In this document: in pieces, positions 47,963 to 52,680 of the stretch
How positions within the stretch are numbered: position 1 is the stretch's first letter
Layout of the letters: every line of letters starts with the position of its first letter
Assembly (NCBI GenBank): GCA_035690065.1
Contig: DASSKW010000095.1
Coordinates: 1-52,680, forward strand
Source of the DNA: Gammaproteobacteria bacterium
Lineage (GTDB): Bacteria; Pseudomonadota; Gammaproteobacteria; Natronospirales; REEB76
Reading direction: 5' to 3'
DNA length: 52,680 nt
The notes under the pieces: generated by a model
The model's input: only the letters and a program-made list of their open reading frames with translations
Database searches by the model: none
What the model was told of the DNA's origin: nothing
Translations under genes and position numbers: made by a program

Positions 47963-48325
47963 CTACTCTCTACTCTGGATCGTCAACCACATCACACCTG
48001 CGGTAATGAACAAGCCACCAAGCCATTGACCGACTGCTATCTTTTCTCCATACAAGGCGGCCACCGCAATCAGCAGAGGGAAGAATACCGCAGACATAGG
48101 ATAGGTCACTGACAACGGCCACCGTCGGTGAGCATAGCCCCATAGAAGGAATCTCATCCCCTGCACGCCGAACGCAATGGCAATGAACACCACCGGGAAG
48201 ATGAAGCCCATGTTTACCGTCCGCGTTGCCTGTTTCAGCAAGATGGCTCCCAGGAGCTGCAGCAATACAGTGGCCGTAACCACGGCCAGCGCTTTCACGG
48301 TAGCGTTCAGATTCAGCTCCGCCAC
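47963..48325 (-). CDS. 4-TM DMT/SMR-like protein, ArnE/ArnF-like flippase subunit (B)
   Basis: 120-aa ORF containing RRWPLSVTYPMSAVFFPLLIAVAALYGEKIAVGQWLGGLFITAGVMWL, which resembles the PLSVAYP...GE...QW.G..LI..GV signature of ArnE/F and EamA half-transporters. Confidence 0.7.
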   Translation of the reverse strand: MAELNLNATVKALAVVTATVLLQLLGAILLKQATRTVNMGFIFPVVFIAIAFGVQGMRFLLWGYAHRRWPLSVTYPMSAVFFPLLIAVAALYGEKIAVGQWLGGLFITAGVMWLTIQSRE

Positions 48326-49047
48326 AGAGAGAGGTCCAACGTATACTGCATTGCCAGGGCAGCATTATATGGTGCAAAGTGGGCAGTCAAGGCGGCGATC
48401 GTCTTGCTTGATACAGATCGTTCACGCGGCACACTATTGAACTTCTCGTCGGTGACGGGAGATGCCATCGGGGTGAGCCCCAGGAATCGACACAAATCAT
48501 CCCATACCTGAACATCCCGCACGAACCGCTCAGTCTGCAATACCAGCAGCTTGTCCTTCCCGACCAGGTTGGCGTATTTCGTGAGAAAATTCAGATAATG
48601 CCCTCTTTCCAGATAGGCAAAAGGCGAGGCGGAAAGTCCCGCCACCTGTTGCAGATCCTGTCTGGTCGGGTCCAGCGCCTGGTCCGGCGAGCGCTTCTCG
48701 AAGCCATGCTGAACACTGAACCAGTAATTTGATATCGCACGTTCCACTGGATCACGCAGCATAGCCACACAACGTGCCCCCGGGAAGATGTTCGCAATCC
48801 GCTCTGCAACTGCCTCATATTCTATATATGAAGTGCTCTTCTCACCGCGCATGACCGTATCAGGAAGTCCGGAGAAATATCGGACTTCATAATCATTCAT
48901 ACTGGTATCCGCGTGCATATTCAGCAGATATTTTGGCTCCGGGCGTATGGGCTTGGCAAAATTTATTTCAGGGTGCAGATCCAGACTGTTTGCCAGCAGA
49001 GTGGTCCCACTGCGTTGAGCCCCGATGATAAACATGTAGCGCTTCAT
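48313..49047 (-). CDS. PAPS-dependent sulfotransferase family protein
   Basis: 244-aa ORF with a 5'-PSB loop (FIIGAQRSGTTLL) and a 3'-PB-like motif (MLRDPVERAISNYW). An ATGA overlap joins it to the upstream GT2 stop. Confidence 0.8.
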   Translation of the reverse strand: MKRYMFIIGAQRSGTTLLANSLDLHPEINFAKPIRPEPKYLLNMHADTSMNDYEVRYFSGLPDTVMRGEKSTSYIEYEAVAERIANIFPGARCVAMLRDPVERAISNYWFSVQHGFEKRSPDQALDPTRQDLQQVAGLSASPFAYLERGHYLNFLTKYANLVGKDKLLVLQTERFVRDVQVWDDLCRFLGLTPMASPVTDEKFNSVPRERSVSSKTIAALTAHFAPYNAALAMQYTLDLSLWRS

Positions 49048-49970
49048 TGAGCGCCATCCACTGATTCCTTTATCTGATACGGCGCGCCGCCACTGACCTG
49101 GGCAAGCAGACGTACGATATATTCTCCCAAAATACCGATCATCAGCATCAACATGCCATTGAAGAATGCCAGCAATACAACGAGAGTTGTCCAGCCGGGA
49201 ACTTGTGCACTATGGACAAAACTCTTGATAAGCACCGCAACACCGAAGATAAAGCTTGCAAACGACACTAACAAGCCGACAGCCATCACGAAGCGTAACG
49301 GGAAGGACGAATAGTTAAACAGGATAGTGGCTACCAGCTTGGCGATACGCAACATGCTGTAGCTGCTTTTGCCGACTCTACGCGACTGATGATCCACATC
49401 AACATTGGCTGGTGAAGCTGAAAACATCAGGGCCAGACCGGGGATATAGGGGAAAGGCGATTGGTATTCACATATACGCCTGACGACGTCCTTGTGCAGG
49501 AGCCGGAAGTTGCTCAATACCAGGCCTTCCGGTTTATCGAAGATGCGCCCATTCAACCAATTCACTACTTTCGAGCCCCAGCGCCGGTAAGAAGCATGCA
49601 TCTTGGTGCGGAAATTCCCCAGTACCAGGTCATGACCCTCGGCCGCTTTGCGAATCAGGTGCGCAATCTCTTCAGGGGGATTCTGCAGGTCATCGTCCAT
49701 CGTCACCAGCCAATCGCCGGTAGCGTAGCGGAATCCGCACAAGTTTGCGGCATGCTGGCCATAGTTACGCAGCAGGTTTATCGCCTTGATGCGACTGTCG
49801 CTACGCGCCAATCTGCTGATTATATTCCAGCTGCCATCGGCGCTCGCGTCATTGACAAGGATGATCTCGAATTCGAGTCCGCTGTTTACGAAAAATGCAC
49901 GCGTACGTTCGACGGTCTCTCCGACAATCTGCTCGCTGTTATAAACTGGAATGACGACACTGTATTTCAT
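49044..49970 (-). CDS. polyprenyl-phosphate glycosyltransferase (GT2, ArnC/GtrB/DPM1-like)
   Basis: Trimmed to ATG 49970, giving MKYSVVIPVYNSE. It contains ILVNDASADGS, MDDDLQNPPEEI and two C-terminal TM helices with MIGILGEYIVRLL. That architecture is characteristic of ArnC/GtrB. Confidence 0.85.
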   Translation of the reverse strand: MKYSVVIPVYNSEQIVGETVERTRAFFVNSGLEFEIILVNDASADGSWNIISRLARSDSRIKAINLLRNYGQHAANLCGFRYATGDWLVTMDDDLQNPPEEIAHLIRKAAEGHDLVLGNFRTKMHASYRRWGSKVVNWLNGRIFDKPEGLVLSNFRLLHKDVVRRICEYQSPFPYIPGLALMFSASPANVDVDHQSRRVGKSSYSMLRIAKLVATILFNYSSFPLRFVMAVGLLVSFASFIFGVAVLIKSFVHSAQVPGWTTLVVLLAFFNGMLMLMIGILGEYIVRLLAQVSGGAPYQIKESVDGAQ

Positions 49971-49993
49971 TATACCGATTCTCTGATATTGCT

Positions 49994-50007
49994 CCCCATG
50001 CATGGGG
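49994..50007. promoter_or_regulatory. perfect 14-bp palindrome in the divergent promoter region
   Basis: ccccatgcatgggg lies 24 nt upstream of the ArnC-like start. It sits within the 369-bp AT-rich spacer shared with the divergent 50340 gene. Confidence 0.25.
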
Positions 50008-50339
50008 CTGCGATGAATATCTGGCGCCTCCTGAGACCGTATAATCTTACTATTTCGCCTCCGACTATCCCATATTTGTCGGGCATCTTTGGGCATATTT
50101 TTATGCTGATATCAGTGCGTAACGTCCCGGGGCTCCTCTGCCATGTTCGATTGAAAGCGGATATGCTGCTGATGCTGACCGGTTCAGCCATGACAGATCT
50201 GGCCCCGTCTGGAAAGCGCCAGGCGCATGGAATCGACAAGCCAGTACCTGCACCTGATTGCCTGTCCCCTGCTACAATCGGCCCACGGGGCTCGATGCCG
50301 GATTTGTACAGATTCCAACAGTTTTCAAACTAATACCTT

Positions 50340-52094
50340 ATGTTCTCCAAGCAATTATCCGAATCACTCTCAACAGGCAGACACGTATTACTGCGGATAC
50401 GTGTCTTAATATCAGATTGGAAGAACCTGATACACCCATACATATTGTTCGCTTTGGTAGCGCTGATCGTCTGGCTCCCGGAAGGATTCAATGTCGGACC
50501 GGTCTTTGACGGCTGGATACAGCTGAACAAGTTCCTGTCAGATGGCTCTCTGCTGAGAACCGGGAATATCCGTGCGTACGCGTCCCTGCCGATGATGCTG
50601 GCGATGTATATAACGCCACACAGTTTTCACGGATGGCAATTTACCTTGCTGCTCTTTGCCATCATTCGTGGCATTGTCATATACGAGATCATCAACCGTG
50701 TCTTGCCGGGGCGGCGTATTTTCGCCGTTGCTTGCGGCCTGATCGCTTTATTTCATCCAGCCGATAATTCCTTCTTCTGGCTTGGCAATACCGGTGCACA
50801 ATTCGGATTCACTATTGCGCTATCCGCGTGCCTCTCTGCCCTGTTGTATATCCAGACGACAAGACGAGAATATCTGGCGCTGACCTTCCTGCTGCAGATA
50901 CTTGCCAGCCTCACCTATTCTGGCCACATACCGATGATGTTTGCGTTTATCATCGGCCTCTGGATTATCCACGGAGTGGCGGGGCATGACGCAGATATCA
51001 AACAATTGATTAAAGTTGCGGTCTTTCCTGTTTTCTTCATGCTATATCAGCTATCTCTGGCTTTGAAAGGGAGTGGGCGCGATGGACATGTCGCCGATAT
51101 CCACATTTCCGGGATATTGGCGGGCTACGGGCATGAAGCTATTCTCTTTGTGAAAACGCTCATTGGCTTGCTTGCATCTTTCAGATACGAATATCTTCTA
51201 TTGGGCCTTATCCCCGCTTTGTATGCGTTGATATTTCTGTGCAGATATCCGAATAAATCCGATCCTTCACCAGCTCGAAATCCAGTCAATCTTCGCTTGA
51301 GCATCACCCTGGGTGTCGGATTGTTGTTTATGGCAATTATTTGTTATCTGCCCTATTCCGTCTCTACGGTGAGGTTCGGTAATAACAGGCAATTGCTTGG
51401 TGCAGGCATTTTCTTGTACATGCTGCTTATGGCGCCAATCTTCATGCCCGTCCCTTCCGGTAATCGGATGCGCTATTTCCAGGGCGTCCTGCTCGCCTTG
51501 CTGGCGATCTTGATAGTCGGAGCGGGCATGAAAGGTCGTCGGGTGTGGGTCGACGCATATCGTCGACAGGAGCAACTGCTCAGTGGGATAGCGAAGGCAG
51601 TACCAGTCCCCAGATCGGGCACGACGATCATCGTGAACCTGAGAGACCACAAACAAGCCCGTTCAGTAGCCGGATTATTTAATCGTCCGCTCGTCTTTTC
51701 AGCTGCTTTGCGGATGATGTATGCAGATAACAGCCTGAATGGAGAGTTTTCAAGGCCCGGCAATTACTCAAATCTTTTCACGGTCCGGAATGGAGTTCTT
51801 ATTGGTAACCGTGGTTTGAAAAAGCGTGGATCCTTTGCAGTGCCATTATCGAATACCCTCCTGATGAGCTATGGAAAGAACAAGACGATAGCAGTCATTG
51901 AGGAACCCGAGCTGCGTGAAATCACGCATAGCGCAACGCCGTTATCGGATTATAAACCGATATGGGATCCGGAATCTGATAGCGAGCACACGTCTGTGTG
52001 TACCATGCTTGAAAACAGATTTCGCCCCTCATACTGTAAGATCCGGCATTACGGTAAAAATGACAACCCAGATCAGATTAAATCTCTCCCATAG
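50340..52094 (+). CDS. polytopic membrane protein with a C-terminal periplasmic domain (candidate GT-C glycosyltransferase)
   Basis: 584-aa ORF. The first ~400 aa carry at least 10 hydrophobic segments, followed by a soluble tail of ~180 aa containing AALRMMYADNSLNGEF and CTMLENRFRPSYC. The DNA is AT-rich. It is divergent from the glycan operon. Confidence 0.65.
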   Translation: MFSKQLSESLSTGRHVLLRIRVLISDWKNLIHPYILFALVALIVWLPEGFNVGPVFDGWIQLNKFLSDGSLLRTGNIRAYASLPMMLAMYITPHSFHGWQFTLLLFAIIRGIVIYEIINRVLPGRRIFAVACGLIALFHPADNSFFWLGNTGAQFGFTIALSACLSALLYIQTTRREYLALTFLLQILASLTYSGHIPMMFAFIIGLWIIHGVAGHDADIKQLIKVAVFPVFFMLYQLSLALKGSGRDGHVADIHISGILAGYGHEAILFVKTLIGLLASFRYEYLLLGLIPALYALIFLCRYPNKSDPSPARNPVNLRLSITLGVGLLFMAIICYLPYSVSTVRFGNNRQLLGAGIFLYMLLMAPIFMPVPSGNRMRYFQGVLLALLAILIVGAGMKGRRVWVDAYRRQEQLLSGIAKAVPVPRSGTTIIVNLRDHKQARSVAGLFNRPLVFSAALRMMYADNSLNGEFSRPGNYSNLFTVRNGVLIGNRGLKKRGSFAVPLSNTLLMSYGKNKTIAVIEEPELREITHSATPLSDYKPIWDPESDSEHTSVCTMLENRFRPSYCKIRHYGKNDNPDQIKSLP

Positions 52095-52153
52095 GCATCA
52101 TCGAACCGCACAATATCATCCTTACCGGGATACCCTCCTTTCTGCGCCTCAGT

Positions 52154-52680
52154 CTAGAGGACGGAAGGTATGCCTTCAGCATGATGTACGCCTGAATGAC
52201 AATACGCCGGCCTGTGGTCGACCTCCAGCATACTGCAAGCGATGCTATTGTGTGGGCCCGTATCCCTGAGTTTCTCCGGATCGTAAGCCGTCGAGATATC
52301 CTGTACTTCGATCTGCTTCTGCAACCACACCTTGTTAAATACGTGCACTGATTGATTTGTTACATAGCCCATCACAATCAGACGGTCATAGCTCGCGAAT
52401 ACCTTGTTATCGCCATGATGTTTGCGGCCAAAGAACAGATTGGTCTGGACGCCATCCGCCCCAAAGTGGACCCTGTGTTTGCCCGGGGCCTTGATGAAAC
52501 CGGCTTCTATACTATCGTCCTGGTACATAAAGCGTAGCGCCGCAGTCAACGCCCCTTCGCGGTTTGCAAATCCAGGCACGCTTTCTATCTGCTCAGGCTG
52601 CATTTGTATCAGGATGAAACTGCCTGATGCCGGATTAGGAACAGCTGTAGCGACAGCCGCCAGCAAAGACTCTGCAGCAT
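52154..52680 (-). CDS. 3' part (partial, runs off the window) of a paralog of the 50340..52094 protein
   Basis: The frame stays open to nt 52680. The tail contains TAALRFMYQDDSIEAGF and CSMLEVDHRPAYC, collinear with the C-terminal domain of the convergent 584-aa protein. Confidence 0.6.
   Translation of the reverse strand, partial: AAESLLAAVATAVPNPASGSFILIQMQPEQIESVPGFANREGALTAALRFMYQDDSIEAGFIKAPGKHRVHFGADGVQTNLFFGRKHHGDNKVFASYDRLIVMGYVTNQSVHVFNKVWLQKQIEVQDISTAYDPEKLRDTGPHNSIACSMLEVDHRPAYCHSGVHHAEGIPSVL

Noticed and set aside
49461-50333. 290-aa plus-strand ORF
   Set aside because: Most of it is antisense to the ArnC-like GT2 gene. The remainder lies in the AT-rich promoter spacer, and it has no motifs.
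1-52680. Search for CRISPR arrays, tRNA/rRNA genes, and integrase, transposase or phage genes
   Set aside because: I noticed no regularly spaced direct repeats, no tRNA-like T-loop or acceptor patterns in the spacers, and no recombinase-like ORFs. The only repeats are the two REP-like families reported above. This was a visual scan only, so tRNAscan, Infernal or a CRISPR finder could still overturn it.

Overview
The window looks like chromosomal DNA from a proteobacterium, probably a gammaproteobacterium. That call is an inference from gene content and synteny. Most hand-counted 60-nt lines are about 57-58% GC.

Layout:
- 1-11.3 kb is a mixed-strand region. It holds two tandem paralogous DUF11-repeat surface proteins (the first is only a 3' stub), a long acyl-CoA dehydrogenase, an HExxH protein with pmbA, and divergent yjgA. 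These are followed by purE-purK and an AbiEii/AbiEi-like toxin-antitoxin pair wedged between purK and tldD, which converge.
- 11.3-50.0 kb is transcribed entirely from the minus strand. The gene order is tldD, a C-N hydrolase, a small secreted protein, yhdP, rng, maf, rlmH, rsfS, nadD, holA, [HME-RND czcCBA-like operon plus a CzcI/DUF2946-like gene], lptE, leuS, [AT-rich Wzy_C/O-antigen-ligase-like gene], lnt, corC, ybeY, ybeZ and miaB.
- The same minus-strand run ends in an 11-gene envelope-glycan cluster: a WbpM-like dehydratase, WbpL-like GT4, SDR, GT2, a polytopic membrane protein, WecE aminotransferase, a split ArnE/F-like flippase pair flanking an LbH acetyltransferase, a sulfotransferase, and an ArnC/GtrB-like polyprenyl-phosphate glycosyltransferase.
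- 50.3 kb to the end carries two convergent paralogous polytopic membrane proteins. Both share a Cys-pair C-terminal domain.

I saw no rRNA, tRNA, CRISPR array, integrase or transposase. Two REP-like repeat families occupy intergenic spacers.

The most interesting candidate system is the AT-rich, tightly coupled Arn/Gtr-style module at about 44.5-52.7 kb. It appears to be a lipid-carrier sugar-modification pathway that combines a WecE-type aminotransferase, a sulfotransferase and putative GT-C enzymes.

Two further observations stand out:
- A heavy-metal RND operon sits inside the normally contiguous leuS-lptE-holA unit.
- A foreign-looking Wzy_C gene is spliced seamlessly between lnt and leuS.

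All functional calls rest on motif recognition by eye. No database search was run.
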